Origin: Candidatus Bathyarchaeia archaeon
GTDB taxonomy: Archaea; Thermoproteota; Bathyarchaeia; Bathyarchaeales; Bathycorpusculaceae
Reading direction: 5' to 3'
Assembly (NCBI GenBank): GCA_050012755.1
Contig: JBEKGO010000012.1
Coordinates: 1 to 55,076 of the forward strand
DNA: 55,076 bases
Below, piece by piece: positions 9,005 through 19,453 of this stretch (position 1 is its first letter; the number at the start of each line of letters is the position of its first letter). The notes under the pieces were generated by a model that was given only the letters and a program-made list of their open reading frames with translations, was not told the origin of the DNA and ran no database searches. Made by a program: the position numbers and the translations under genes.

Positions 9005-9553
9005 TTACTCATAATGAGAATATCTCATTGTTATGCGCGTAGCCTGACGCTGGAACGCTACATTATCCACATTCGTTTTCGCTCGCCTCAACATAATGAC
9101 CAAGACGGCAACCGCTAAAATCACAACGACCAAAATGACCACTATTACAACAGCGAATCCTTGGTTAGACCACAGATTTAAGCTTCCTTGAGGTGACGCA
9201 TTTACAGAGTAATCTAACGTCACATTTTTACCTCCCTCGCAGGAACAGAATGAATTGTCAAAACTCAACTTGTAGTTTCCATTAGTGGAAGCTGAAAACG
9301 AGAAACTTTTGGCTGAAGTGTAATTATAACTCAATAATTTTTTTCCGTTTGGATCCGTTACAGTAAAATCGACGCCTGTTCCCGTACCGCCTGAAGCAGA
9401 AAACGTGCCGTTAACACAGTCGCCCTGATTCAAATTCACATTTATAGTTTTTTCAGTGAGAGGCGGAATCGTAAATGTCTGGGCATGAACAAAAATCGAC
9501 AAAGATCCCAGAAGCAAAAAGAAAATGATCAATACTAAAACGGGCTTGTTCAC
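9005..9553 (-). CDS. emp24/gp25L/p24-like GOLD-domain type I membrane protein
   Basis: Signal peptide; GG..VDFTVTDPNG and FSFSA...GNYKLSFDNSF GOLD pattern; C-terminal TM and short tail. Confidence 0.75.
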   Translation of the reverse strand: MNKPVLVLIIFFLLLGSLSIFVHAQTFTIPPLTEKTINVNLNQGDCVNGTFSASGGTGTGVDFTVTDPNGKKLLSYNYTSAKSFSFSASTNGNYKLSFDNSFCSCEGGKNVTLDYSVNASPQGSLNLWSNQGFAVVIVVILVVVILAVAVLVIMLRRAKTNVDNVAFQRQATRITMRYSHYE

Positions 9554-9708
9554 AAAGGGTCCATTTCTAGTTTTGCTTAGCTTTGTTAATAAGGCTTTTG
9601 AGTAAATCGCATTTTTCTAAGAAAAACAATACTTAGCAGCGAGGAAGCATCGGATTCAGCTTTGTCGCGACATAAATAAATATGCTAAACTTTAATGTAT
9701 TATTGTAA

Positions 9709-10545
9709 ATGCAAGTTCTTAAACAGCATAAAATAATAATTCTGGTAGCAGTTTTTTTAGTGGTTATTTTGCTTGTGTCATTTTTCATTGTTGAGAACGG
9801 TTCTAAACCCTCTCCGACGCCTTCGTCTACGCCTTTGCCCACGCCATCGCCCACGTATTCGCCCAGTCCAACTGAAACTTCGCCGACACCAACGGAAACA
9901 TCCTCACCCATTCCTACCACTTCACCATCTCAAACACCTACTTCTACCCCGTCAACTGGACCCTTTTATTATCCAGGAGAAGTCACTCAATACCAAGGGG
10001 AAAACCTAGACTCTGTCAACACTTTCCTTCAACTGCTCATTACACATCCTGATGTTTCCATCAATGGAGTACAAAACATAAACCAGGCAACTTACCGCCT
10101 GACCGTCACCGACCTAGTGAACAAATCTCTGTCATATACGTACAACGATGTAGTCAATAACTTCACTTTATACCAGCAAGTAGATACGCTTCTTTGCGTA
10201 GAAGGCTGGAGAGTCACGTGTTTGTGGCAAGGAGTTCTTTTGAGCGACCTCCTCAAAGAAGCAGGCATCAGCCCAAACGCAACAACCCTAATTTTCTCTG
10301 CCTCCGACGGCTACACCACAGAACTTCCAATAAACTACGTCATGCAGAACAACATATTCTTAGCCTACAAAATGAACAACATCACCCTTCCCGCCGCGGC
10401 AGGATGGCCATTCATGCTAATAGTTCCAAACCAATATGGATACAAATGGATAAGATGGGTAACACAAATCGATGTGTCAAATGACACAAGCTACCTTGGA
10501 TACTGGGAAAGCCGAGGCTACCCAAACGACGCCACAATAAGCTAA
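9709..10545 (+). CDS. Molybdopterin-dependent oxidoreductase (sulfite oxidase/MsrP-like), membrane anchored with Pro/Ser/Thr linker
   Basis: CVEGW, WQGV, DGYTT, GWP, YGYKWIRWV and GYWESRGY motifs; PS/PT low-complexity linker. Confidence 0.88.
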   Translation: MQVLKQHKIIILVAVFLVVILLVSFFIVENGSKPSPTPSSTPLPTPSPTYSPSPTETSPTPTETSSPIPTTSPSQTPTSTPSTGPFYYPGEVTQYQGENLDSVNTFLQLLITHPDVSINGVQNINQATYRLTVTDLVNKSLSYTYNDVVNNFTLYQQVDTLLCVEGWRVTCLWQGVLLSDLLKEAGISPNATTLIFSASDGYTTELPINYVMQNNIFLAYKMNNITLPAAAGWPFMLIVPNQYGYKWIRWVTQIDVSNDTSYLGYWESRGYPNDATIS

Positions 10546-10701
10546 CAAAACCAAAATTCATCCAGCCAAACGAAGCAGTTGCAAGCAATCGGTAACCTGA
10601 TAAACATTTCATAATTAAATTATTGTTTAGAATTTTCTTGAGTTGTAATTGCGCAAATTAGAAATATTTGTTGCGTCATAGTATTATTTAGGCGAGTAGA
10701 A

Positions 10702-10872
10702 TTGGACGAGTATGTTAAGGGTGCAGAGCCTGACAGATGGCATTGGTCAAAAGATTGCAAGCAATACCCGCGCGTTATCATGCAGCGGCGTTTGAGGAGA
10801 CCGGATTCTGATCTCTGCGATGAATGTTTGGATATAGAAAAAAAAGCTCTGCGTAAAATAGCAGCAACCTAA
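10702..10872 (+). CDS. Small putative metal-binding protein (56 aa, MDEYVKGAEPDRWHWSKDCKQYP...RPDSDLCDEC...)
   Basis: Manual translation; WHWxxxC plus CxxC ligand pattern; AGGCGAG upstream. Confidence 0.65.
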   Translation: MDEYVKGAEPDRWHWSKDCKQYPRVIMQRRLRRPDSDLCDECLDIEKKALRKIAAT

Positions 10873-11113
10873 CCGGTTAGCCCTAAAAGTAAGACTGCGA
10901 TTTAACAAGGCAGTTTATACTATGTGCTTTGCTATTTTTAACAAATGTTTTTTTCTTATGAGCGGAATTCAAAGTAGAATTACCTCTGAAAAACAAAAAT
11001 AATATTTAGATGTGAAAATTAATAACAATTTTTAATCCACCCCAATTCCCAAAAACAATGCTGAATCAGCATGCTTTTATTTGTGGCGCAAGAATATCCC
11101 TTAACAATCTCAA

Positions 11114-12670
11114 GTGCACATTGAAGGCAAGCATATGGTTGAACTTAGAGCACAAGAACAACAATTACTCACCGCCCTGGAATCGCTTGACGGAAGTGCT
11201 TCAGTAGAACAACTAGTTGATGCTTGCAAATTTCCCGACACCGCAGTTATGCGTACAGGGTTGACTCTTCAGGAAAAGAACCTCATCAAAATACATGCTC
11301 AATACAAAAATGTTATCAAACTAACTGCTGAAGGAGAAGCATATGGAAAAAATGGCTTGCCTGAACGCAACCTCATCCGAGCTGTCGAGGCACTTGGCGG
11401 AACAGCAGACCTGAAAGCGGCAGCAAAACAGGCGGGACTTGAGCAGCAGTTTGTTCAGATTGCGCTTGGTTGGGCAATACGAAAAAAATGGGTCCTCTAC
11501 ACTTCAAGCGACAACACAATACGCATCAGTGAGCCGCTGCTGCATCAAGCGTTAATTGAGGAAGGCTGCGACGAAACACTTCTTAAACACTTAAACGATA
11601 AGCATCAACATCAATTAGCGCTCGAAGAGTTGAGCCCAGAGTTAAAAGCAGCTGCTGAACAGCTTAAGAAACGCAAAGTCCTTACTATTGAACCTAAAAC
11701 CACTCGTACTCTCCAAATAACAGTAGAGGGCAAAAAAGCAGCAGGAGAAGTCAAAGTTGCCCCACAAGAAATTACTCAACTTACACCCGAACTTATCATC
11801 ACAGGTAAATGGCACACTTCAAAGCTCCAAAAATACAATATTGAAGCACCTGTATCTAAAACTTGGCCAGGCAAAAAGCACCCGTACTTGCAATTTTTCG
11901 ATGAAGTCCGTGCTAAACTCGTCAACTTGGGCTTCCAAGAAATGACGGGCACAGCGGTTGAGACCAGCTTCTTCAATTTCGATGCCCTTTACGTGCCGCA
12001 AGATCATCCAGCCCGTGAAGAAAGCGACATTTACTACCTCAAAGACCCACAGTACGGCGACATAAGTGCTCATGCCAATGCTGTGGAGCACGTTGAGGAG
12101 ACACATGAAAACGGCTGGAAAACAGGGTCAACAGGATGGGGATACAAATACTCGCTTCTAGCCGCCCAACGTCTGATTCTCAGGGGGCACGGCACATGCC
12201 TAAGTGCAAGGACCCTAGAAAGCAAAAATTTTGAGGTTCCGAGCAAACACTTCTCCATTGCGCGGGTTTATCGTCCAGAAATAACGGACAAAACCCACCT
12301 TTCAGAATTTAACCAGGTTGAAGGCATAATTATAGACAAAAAATTAACACTCAAAGACCTGCTGGGAGTGCTCAGCAAATTTGCGATGGAGATTGCTGGA
12401 GCAGACAAAGTACGTTTTAAACCAGACTATTTCCCTTTTACGGAACCCAGTGTTGAACTTAGCGCTTACAAGGAAGGCTATGGCTGGGTAGAATTTGGCG
12501 GTTCAGGAATTTTCCGTCCAGAAGTCACTCTGCCGCTTGGTGTTAAGGTACCCGTTATCGCGTGGGGATTGGGTGTGGATCGTCTATTTATGATGCGAGC
12601 CGGCATAGAAGATATCCGCCAGATTTTCAGCCAAGACCTTGATTGGCTAAGAAAAAAACAGGTGACGTAA
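11114..12670 (+). CDS. pheS: Phenylalanine--tRNA ligase alpha subunit
   Basis: NFDALYVPQDHPARE, THLSEFNQVEG, YFPFTEPS, AWGLGVDRL. The ATG at 11135 may be the true start. Confidence 0.98.
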   Translation: MHIEGKHMVELRAQEQQLLTALESLDGSASVEQLVDACKFPDTAVMRTGLTLQEKNLIKIHAQYKNVIKLTAEGEAYGKNGLPERNLIRAVEALGGTADLKAAAKQAGLEQQFVQIALGWAIRKKWVLYTSSDNTIRISEPLLHQALIEEGCDETLLKHLNDKHQHQLALEELSPELKAAAEQLKKRKVLTIEPKTTRTLQITVEGKKAAGEVKVAPQEITQLTPELIITGKWHTSKLQKYNIEAPVSKTWPGKKHPYLQFFDEVRAKLVNLGFQEMTGTAVETSFFNFDALYVPQDHPAREESDIYYLKDPQYGDISAHANAVEHVEETHENGWKTGSTGWGYKYSLLAAQRLILRGHGTCLSARTLESKNFEVPSKHFSIARVYRPEITDKTHLSEFNQVEGIIIDKKLTLKDLLGVLSKFAMEIAGADKVRFKPDYFPFTEPSVELSAYKEGYGWVEFGGSGIFRPEVTLPLGVKVPVIAWGLGVDRLFMMRAGIEDIRQIFSQDLDWLRKKQVT

Positions 12671-14386
12671 ATGCCTACAATCGACATAGAATATGCAGAA
12701 CTTGAACGTTTACTTGCCCTCAAACTTGAAGGCAACATGGCAAAACTAGACGACATTTTAGCCTACGTCAAAGGTGAAGTCAAACTCTACAACGAAAAAG
12801 AAGGCATTGTCAGCTTCGAAATGAAAGATACTAACCGCCCTGACCTCTGGAGCGTGGAAGGCTTAAGCAGAGCACTCCGCGGCTACCTAAAAATGGAAAA
12901 AGGGCTCAAACAATATTCTGTTGGCAAATCAATCGTTAAAGTCAACGTCAATTCTCAACTTTACAATATTCGACCTTTCATTTGTTGTTCAGTAATAAAA
13001 GACATTCACCTAACAGATAACACGATTAAAGGAATCATGCACCTGCAAGACAAACTGGACCAGACGTTTGGTAGAAATCGACAAAAAACCAGTATTGGCA
13101 TCTACAATTTTGACTTGATTAAGCCGCCGATCGAGTACACTGCTGTTAAGCCAAAAGATGCTAGTTTTGTCCCGCTAGGATTTACTGAAAAGATGAATTT
13201 GGATGAGATTTTGGAGCGGCATCCAAAGGGCATTGAATACGGGCAAATAGTGAAGAAAAATCCGCTGTACCCGATGTTGTATGATTCTGAAGGTAAAGTT
13301 TTGTCTTTTCCACCAATCATCAACTCAAACGATTTGGGAAAGATTACTGAGGAATCAAGGAATTTGCTGGTTGAAGTCACAGGCACCCTGCATGAAACAG
13401 TCCTAAATACACTAAATCTTGTCTCTGCCGCCTTAATTGACAACGGCGGAAAAGCCTATTCAGCAACAATCCATTATCCAAACAACTCAGAATACACACA
13501 GCAAACCGTGACAACGCCAGACTTCACCAGCAGAAAAATGCCGTTAAGTGTTGAAGGGACAAACAAACTTCTCGGTCTAAAGCTTTCCTCCAAACGTATA
13601 GCTGAACTTTTGTTAACCGCTGGTTTAGGCATTGAAAAAATCAAGGTGGACATGATAGATGTGCTTGTTCCATTCTACCGCATTGATGTAATGCATCAGG
13701 TTGACTTAATCGAGGACGTCGCCATCGCCTATGGCTACAACGATATTGAGTGTGTTTGGCGTGAACTGCCAACCACCGGATATGCAAAACCTGGTCAGCG
13801 TCTTATTGATCTTGCACGGGATCTTATGGTTGGTTTAGGCTACCAAGAAATTCTCACCTACACACTAACTAATCCCGAAAGCCTATTTGACAAAATGAAC
13901 CAAACCAAAACATCTCTTGTAGAACTGGCCAACCCCAAAGTCGTTACCATGACATGCCTGCGCAATTGGCTCTTGCCAAGCCTCATAGAGTTTCTCAGCA
14001 ACAACCAATCCACAGAGTTCCCCCAAAAAATCTATGAACTCGGCAAAATCACCCTGCTGGATGAAACAAAAGAAACCAAAACACGAGATGAGGAATGGCT
14101 CTGTGCAGCAACCGCACATGCAAACGCAAACTTTACAGAAATAAAATCTGCTCTCGACGCATTTTTCGGCAATTTTGGGGTTGAATGGCAAATAAAAGAG
14201 ACTGCTCACCCAAGCTTTATTGAAGGTAGGGCAGGAAGAATTATCGTCGACAACTTAGATATGGGCATAGTCGGCGAAATTAACCCAGCTGTGCTTGAAG
14301 CATGGAAGCTAGAGAATCCAGTCGCCGCTTTCGAGGTTAACCTGCAAAGAATCCTCAATAGCAAACTAAGCAAAAGAGTCGAATAA
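12671..14386 (+). CDS. pheT: Phenylalanine--tRNA ligase beta subunit
   Basis: MPTI start, NRPDLWS, SFPPIINS, RIDVMHQVDLIEDVAIAYGY, HPSFIEGR. Confidence 0.98.
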   Translation: MPTIDIEYAELERLLALKLEGNMAKLDDILAYVKGEVKLYNEKEGIVSFEMKDTNRPDLWSVEGLSRALRGYLKMEKGLKQYSVGKSIVKVNVNSQLYNIRPFICCSVIKDIHLTDNTIKGIMHLQDKLDQTFGRNRQKTSIGIYNFDLIKPPIEYTAVKPKDASFVPLGFTEKMNLDEILERHPKGIEYGQIVKKNPLYPMLYDSEGKVLSFPPIINSNDLGKITEESRNLLVEVTGTLHETVLNTLNLVSAALIDNGGKAYSATIHYPNNSEYTQQTVTTPDFTSRKMPLSVEGTNKLLGLKLSSKRIAELLLTAGLGIEKIKVDMIDVLVPFYRIDVMHQVDLIEDVAIAYGYNDIECVWRELPTTGYAKPGQRLIDLARDLMVGLGYQEILTYTLTNPESLFDKMNQTKTSLVELANPKVVTMTCLRNWLLPSLIEFLSNNQSTEFPQKIYELGKITLLDETKETKTRDEEWLCAATAHANANFTEIKSALDAFFGNFGVEWQIKETAHPSFIEGRAGRIIVDNLDMGIVGEINPAVLEAWKLENPVAAFEVNLQRILNSKLSKRVE

Positions 14387-14423
14387 TCGTAACTTTTCAA
14401 AACCAACAGTCGGGACTAAGAAT

Positions 14424-15221
14424 CTAGAACCACGACAGCGTCCCATTTTTCCTTGCTGTTTTAAGACACCATGCGTAAATAACGTATCCTAACGGCACAA
14501 TAATCGCGCACATTAAGGTTAAAATCTCTAAGTCAGGCAAAATCATAGCGATTGTCCAACCCAACAGCATATGCCTGATACATGTAAAGAAGTAATATGG
14601 CGGAGTAACATAGGCGATTGCTTGCAGCAGGGGAGGCAGGACTTGCGGCGGAAAAAGTACGTTCCCAAACAAGCTTGTTGCGATGGTTATGAGCGCTGTT
14701 ACTGGGTCGCCCTGTTTAGTTAAAATCAATATTCCTGAGCCAATCATGCTGAAACCGATGAATGTGCCAACGCCCAAGACAATAACAATCAGTGTCCCAA
14801 CAACATTTACGGTTAAGACTACGCCGAAAAAGTAAACGCCAATAAGAAGGTAAACTGCGACTACGGCTGTGCTCCAGATAAAGCCCCATATGGAACTACC
14901 GACAATAAAGGTTGTTAATCCAGTCGGCGAAACCAAAACTTCTTCGAGTGCCCATGGATTAATCGTTTTTTGGACCAACGTTAAGGCTTGTCCAAGGTAA
15001 GTGTTGAATGCTAAGCCGATTATAAGGTAAGTAGTCAAGTTCGTGTGGAAGTCTTGTGCAACGCTTTGTGAGATGGCGCTTTGCCCAAAGTAAGCAAAGG
15101 ATAACGCACCGAAAACCGCTGTCAAAAGGAGGATGACAATGTTTGTCTTGTAAGTGGAGAAGCTTACCATGTCCCGCTTCATGAAATACCAGATTTTTTC
15201 AAGCTCAGCCGACACACCCAT
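14424..15221 (-). CDS. ABC-2 type transporter permease
   Basis: About six TM segments; LEEVLVSP and FPPQVLP motifs; directly downstream of an ABC ATPase. Confidence 0.88.
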   Translation of the reverse strand: MGVSAELEKIWYFMKRDMVSFSTYKTNIVILLLTAVFGALSFAYFGQSAISQSVAQDFHTNLTTYLIIGLAFNTYLGQALTLVQKTINPWALEEVLVSPTGLTTFIVGSSIWGFIWSTAVVAVYLLIGVYFFGVVLTVNVVGTLIVIVLGVGTFIGFSMIGSGILILTKQGDPVTALITIATSLFGNVLFPPQVLPPLLQAIAYVTPPYYFFTCIRHMLLGWTIAMILPDLEILTLMCAIIVPLGYVIYAWCLKTARKNGTLSWF

Positions 15222-15225
15222 GGAA

Positions 15226-16236
15226 TCAGGTCCTCTTTGTTAACTCTATAAATGCGTCTTCAAGGCTGGGTTCTTCACGTTTAAAGTTGATAAGCTTGAT
15301 TTTTTGTTCAAAAAGGAAATCGAAGATCGATGGCAATTGGTCAACGTTTTGCAGTTCAACAAACAAACCTTTCTGGTTAGGCATTAAGTCGGGGTCGGCT
15401 TTTTCAGTTATCGCGATTATGCCTTGGATTGAACGCATTTGCTCTATTTGAGTAGCCGATATTTCTTCAACTATCAGGTAGATCTGTTCACCCTTTTTGA
15501 TTTTATCTCTCAAAGCGTTCGGTGTATCGCAGGCAATGATTTTGCCCTGTTTGAGAATGCCGATTTTAGTGCAGATTTGTGCTGCCTCTTCAATATAATG
15601 CGTTGTATACAAAACTGTTTTGCCTGTTTCCTGAACAGTACTCTTAACGAAGTCTCGAACGTTGCGTGACGAAATGGCATCTAGACCAGTCGTGGGCTCA
15701 TCAAGCATTATTATAGGCGGATCTGGAAGGAGCGTTCTGGCAAGAGCAAGTTTTCTTTTCATCCCACCAGAATACCTTTGGAATAGCTGAAAAGAGCTGT
15801 TTTCTAAACCCACAAGTTTCAAAACTTCCATAATACGTTCATGCCGTTTCTGCCTTGGCACATTATATACCGCAGCGAAAAACTCCAGATTCCTGTATCC
15901 GTTAAGACGCCAAAAGAAACCTCTTTCTCCAACACTGAACAATGTGCCTAATGACCGCTTTACCTTCATAGGCTCTTTGACTATGTCGTAACCGTTGATT
16001 AACGCCATCCCATGGTCAGGAGGAAGAAGGGTGCAAAGCATTTTGACAAGCGTTGTTTTTCCCGCTCCATTTGGGCCTAGAAGACCGAAAAGTTCGCCCT
16101 TCTTAATTTCAAATGTAAGGTTATCAATTGCGTTTACGGAAACGGTTTTGTGCCTTAAAAACCCGTTTGAGTTTGGAGATTTTGATTTAAATGTCTTGGT
16201 TAAGTTAATTGTCTGAATGGCGTTCTCGTTTTGCAA
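15226..16236 (-). CDS. ABC exporter ATP-binding protein (DrrA-like)
   Basis: GPNGAGKTT, YSGGMKRK, LDEPTTGLD, TTHY, EPSLEDAF. Confidence 0.95.
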   Translation of the reverse strand: MQNENAIQTINLTKTFKSKSPNSNGFLRHKTVSVNAIDNLTFEIKKGELFGLLGPNGAGKTTLVKMLCTLLPPDHGMALINGYDIVKEPMKVKRSLGTLFSVGERGFFWRLNGYRNLEFFAAVYNVPRQKRHERIMEVLKLVGLENSSFQLFQRYSGGMKRKLALARTLLPDPPIIMLDEPTTGLDAISSRNVRDFVKSTVQETGKTVLYTTHYIEEAAQICTKIGILKQGKIIACDTPNALRDKIKKGEQIYLIVEEISATQIEQMRSIQGIIAITEKADPDLMPNQKGLFVELQNVDQLPSIFDFLFEQKIKLINFKREEPSLEDAFIELTKRT

Positions 16237-16327
16237 CAGTAAACCTCGTGATTCTCATTCGTCGGGGAAAAACGTTGTTGTAGTTTCACGTAGCGTTAGC
16301 AGGCAATTAAGCGTTTCTGATTGCCAA

Positions 16328-17266
16328 CTAGAATTTATGAATAAATGGAGATAGCTGCTGGGCTTTCTCGAATTTCTCTCTTAAGGGCAACTGCAAGTAG
16401 GCGCCATATCGGTTAGAGTAGGGTGCGCCTTTTCGCGAGAACAAAGTTAAAACTTTGCCGCTGTGATTAATTTTGAAGCCCATATTGCTTGCTTCGTGTC
16501 CTCTTATCAAAATTTTGGCGTTCAAACGCTCAAGAACCTGTTTGGTCACTTTTTTGCCGAAGAGTTTTCCTGCGCCTCGAGGCGAAAAAGAAACATCTGG
16601 CACTTTTTCATCAGGGTCGTTCCAAAGAATATCTTCGAGCACTTCCTCATTGTAGTTTTCTTGTGCATGCGCGATGTCTTGGAGACTGTTGATTTTTGGA
16701 GATAAGCCTCCGTGAAGGATTAAATACCGATCCTCAACATACACAGCATTATAAAGGCAAGCATGTAAGGCGCGAATTTTTTCATAAGCCTCCGTCCAAT
16801 TTTCGCCAAACCTGTCTTGAAATCGGAGGGGTAAATCATGTGGAACACCAAGTAAATCGGTTGGCGCTTCATGGTTTCCGCGCAAAAGAACAACTTGTCG
16901 GGGAAAAGCAAGTTTAAGCTTGAGAATCAGATAGTAGGTTTCGGGTGATTTTTCGCCTCTGTCACCGTAGTCCCCTAAAAAAATCAATGTAGAATCTTGG
17001 GTTTTATGCATTTTCTCGATGAATTTGCTTGTTTGAAGGATAATAGTGAGGCTTTCTAGGTCGCCATGCAAGTCGCCAATTACCAATGCTTCGCCTGATG
17101 CTTCAAGCTTAACTAAACAGTCCAAAATTGTTAGGTTGCCGATTTGACCTTTTTCTTTATGCAGCACAGATTGCGTTTTTTCAACTGTTTCGATGAAGCC
17201 ATTGCTTTGAACGCTTTGGGCTTCTTTGACAATTAAAGGCAAGTCCAAAAGGCAGGCACACAGCAA
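16328..17266 (-). CDS. PPP-family Ser/Thr protein phosphatase (metallophosphoesterase)
   Basis: GDLHG, GDYGDRG, LRGNHE, HGG, LWNDP, SPRG, IRGHE. Start may be the TTG at 17248. Confidence 0.93.
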   Translation of the reverse strand: MLCACLLDLPLIVKEAQSVQSNGFIETVEKTQSVLHKEKGQIGNLTILDCLVKLEASGEALVIGDLHGDLESLTIILQTSKFIEKMHKTQDSTLIFLGDYGDRGEKSPETYYLILKLKLAFPRQVVLLRGNHEAPTDLLGVPHDLPLRFQDRFGENWTEAYEKIRALHACLYNAVYVEDRYLILHGGLSPKINSLQDIAHAQENYNEEVLEDILWNDPDEKVPDVSFSPRGAGKLFGKKVTKQVLERLNAKILIRGHEASNMGFKINHSGKVLTLFSRKGAPYSNRYGAYLQLPLREKFEKAQQLSPFIHKF

Positions 17267-18517
17267 CTATGGGATTTGAACTTTAAAGTTGATTGAGCTA
17301 AGAATGTTTCGCTCAATTGTCCGTTTCATGTTTTTGATTTTATCGTCAGCCTCTTTGTAAGCATTTTCCTTAACTGTTTCATGAGTTTCGATGCTTGTTT
17401 TTCTTGCTTTAAGCGCATAAACTTGTTCCTGAAACACTTGGAGACTACGTTTTATCTCGTCAAGTTGAACAGAGGATATCAGCTGCTGCTTTACATTTGC
17501 CATTTCCAAGCATCTAATTTGAAGCTTCGCCAATGAATCTTCCCTCAGCATTTCATTGATTGATTGCTCAGCTTTGCGGGCTTTTTCTTGTTTAAGTTTT
17601 AATTTGTCTTCTTTTATTAACTGCTCAAGTTTCTGCAAAGTTTCCTTGAGGTCTGGATAACCAACCTTTTCAGCTACTAAGGTGTCAAAAGGCTTTTCCA
17701 AATACTGAGTAACTCTGTTTAGGTCATCTGGAGTTACTCCAGCTCCGCCGCCTGAAATGGCTAATGCCTGCATTTTTATGAAGGGTTTTTGCAGAAGCCT
17801 CATTGAATATTTCAATTCATTACTTAACACATCGATTTCTGCATTTACCATGTTCAGCTTATCTATGGGTCCTTTTGTTTTTATCTCGCTAATTTTTTGT
17901 TCCAGTTCAGCGATTTCTTTTTCGACGGGTATGCGCTCGTTTTTTATTTGTTCTTTTTCTTCTCCAATCGTTAATAGTTGTCTTTGAACGTTTTGAAGTT
18001 CGTTTAGGAATTGGAATGCTTCTTCCAAAGTTTTGGTTTTAATGTACTCTTTTGTTAGGAAATCGTTGAGGGTTTGATGGGCTATTTTGGATCTTTCGTA
18101 TATTGCAAGAAATTTTCTTCTGTCCATGATAAAGAATGGGGAAATTCTTGGGAACCAGTTTTTGATGTCTATGTCGGTTACTAAAAAGATTTTTTGGATT
18201 TCCTGAACATACCTATTTAGGCTGTCATAGGATATTTCTTCCGGTGCATTCAGTTTTTTGAGTCGGTCAACAAACAAATGAGCAAGCCTGTTTAGGGCTC
18301 TAGCTCTATTGTAAACTTTCATGTTTCTTCTGTCGATTTCTCTTGTGCTGTTATCCAGAAGCATCTTGCTGACTTCAGCGACGTTCTGGATCGCATTGTT
18401 CATTTCGTCCCTTAATTTTTTGGCTTGCGCATGCACAGGCGAAAGGATGGAGTTTGTTTGGTCCTGAAGCCAACTTTTAACTTCGTTAACGGATGAGAAC
18501 TGAATTGTTTCAGTCAA
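17267..18517 (-). CDS. Coiled-coil protein of unknown function
   Basis: 416 aa, rich in E/K/Q/L with heptad character; abuts the phosphatase; no Walker A seen. Confidence 0.8.
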   Translation of the reverse strand: MTETIQFSSVNEVKSWLQDQTNSILSPVHAQAKKLRDEMNNAIQNVAEVSKMLLDNSTREIDRRNMKVYNRARALNRLAHLFVDRLKKLNAPEEISYDSLNRYVQEIQKIFLVTDIDIKNWFPRISPFFIMDRRKFLAIYERSKIAHQTLNDFLTKEYIKTKTLEEAFQFLNELQNVQRQLLTIGEEKEQIKNERIPVEKEIAELEQKISEIKTKGPIDKLNMVNAEIDVLSNELKYSMRLLQKPFIKMQALAISGGGAGVTPDDLNRVTQYLEKPFDTLVAEKVGYPDLKETLQKLEQLIKEDKLKLKQEKARKAEQSINEMLREDSLAKLQIRCLEMANVKQQLISSVQLDEIKRSLQVFQEQVYALKARKTSIETHETVKENAYKEADDKIKNMKRTIERNILSSINFKVQIP

Positions 18518-18656
18518 TACGCTTCACTGTACCCTATAGTTTGCAATGGCTTATTTATCAATTTTAGCCTATATTTAACCCAATTTTAACTACACTTTTT
18601 TGGGTAGTTACTCTTAAATAGCTAACCTCTGCATTCAAAAGCGGACGCACAGACAA

Positions 18657-19238
18657 ATGAACACAAAAACACTCGCTTTAATCATAGTCTTTGTAGCGTT
18701 GGCTGCAGCACTAAATATTGTAGGACCAAAAATTCCAGCTCCTTACGAACCCTTCCTTTTCTATCAATTATGGGAAATTCCGATAGTTTTAGCTTTCATA
18801 GCAATAGGGCCAAAAGTAGGTGTTGCAGTTGCGGTGATAAATATGCTAATTCTTTTTGCAGTTTTTAACCCCGGCGCAAATGCAGGACCACTGTATAACC
18901 TCATCGCAATCCTATCAATGTTTTTAGGAATCTACTTACCATACAAACTTGCCGTTCGCGGATGTAAAACAGAAAACTTCAGCGACTACCTTAAACAGCA
19001 CATAAAAGTGATTAGCATATCAGCGACAGCATTAGGAATCACAATGCGCGTCTTAGTAACAACAGTTGTAAACTACTTTTGTATACAGCAACCATATCCA
19101 ATAGGCTTCTCTTTTACTCAACTTGCTGCTTTGGCTTTTCTCCCGCTAGGCGCACTTTTTAACGCAACAGTAGCATTGTATACAATACCAATCGCGATTG
19201 CAATAGCAATACCGATAACTTCAAGATTCAAACTTTAA
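18657..19238 (+). CDS. Probable ECF transporter S component
   Basis: About 190 aa, highly hydrophobic; AxxxA in TM1; PFLFYQLWEIP and GPKVG motifs. Confidence 0.75.
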   Translation: MNTKTLALIIVFVALAAALNIVGPKIPAPYEPFLFYQLWEIPIVLAFIAIGPKVGVAVAVINMLILFAVFNPGANAGPLYNLIAILSMFLGIYLPYKLAVRGCKTENFSDYLKQHIKVISISATALGITMRVLVTTVVNYFCIQQPYPIGFSFTQLAALAFLPLGALFNATVALYTIPIAIAIAIPITSRFKL

Positions 19239-19453
19239 AACAAAAACAGGAAAAAACTGCAATCCCAACGGTTGAGCCAGCACTTTAGAGTTGATTTGTC
19301 CTATTTTGAAGCTTCTGTCTTCTAAGAATCAGTGAAGTCTGCACCCCTGATGCAAAAATTGTGAATTTTCCGTCTCATTCTATCAACTTTCTTTTCTTCA
19401 TCGAGGAAAAACTTAATCTATATTTGCTGAATGTAATTGTCAATTAACTTGAA

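Noticed and set aside
9633-9920. VG-rich minus-strand ORF
   Set aside because: Antisense shadow of the Pro/Thr/Ser linker of 9709-10545.
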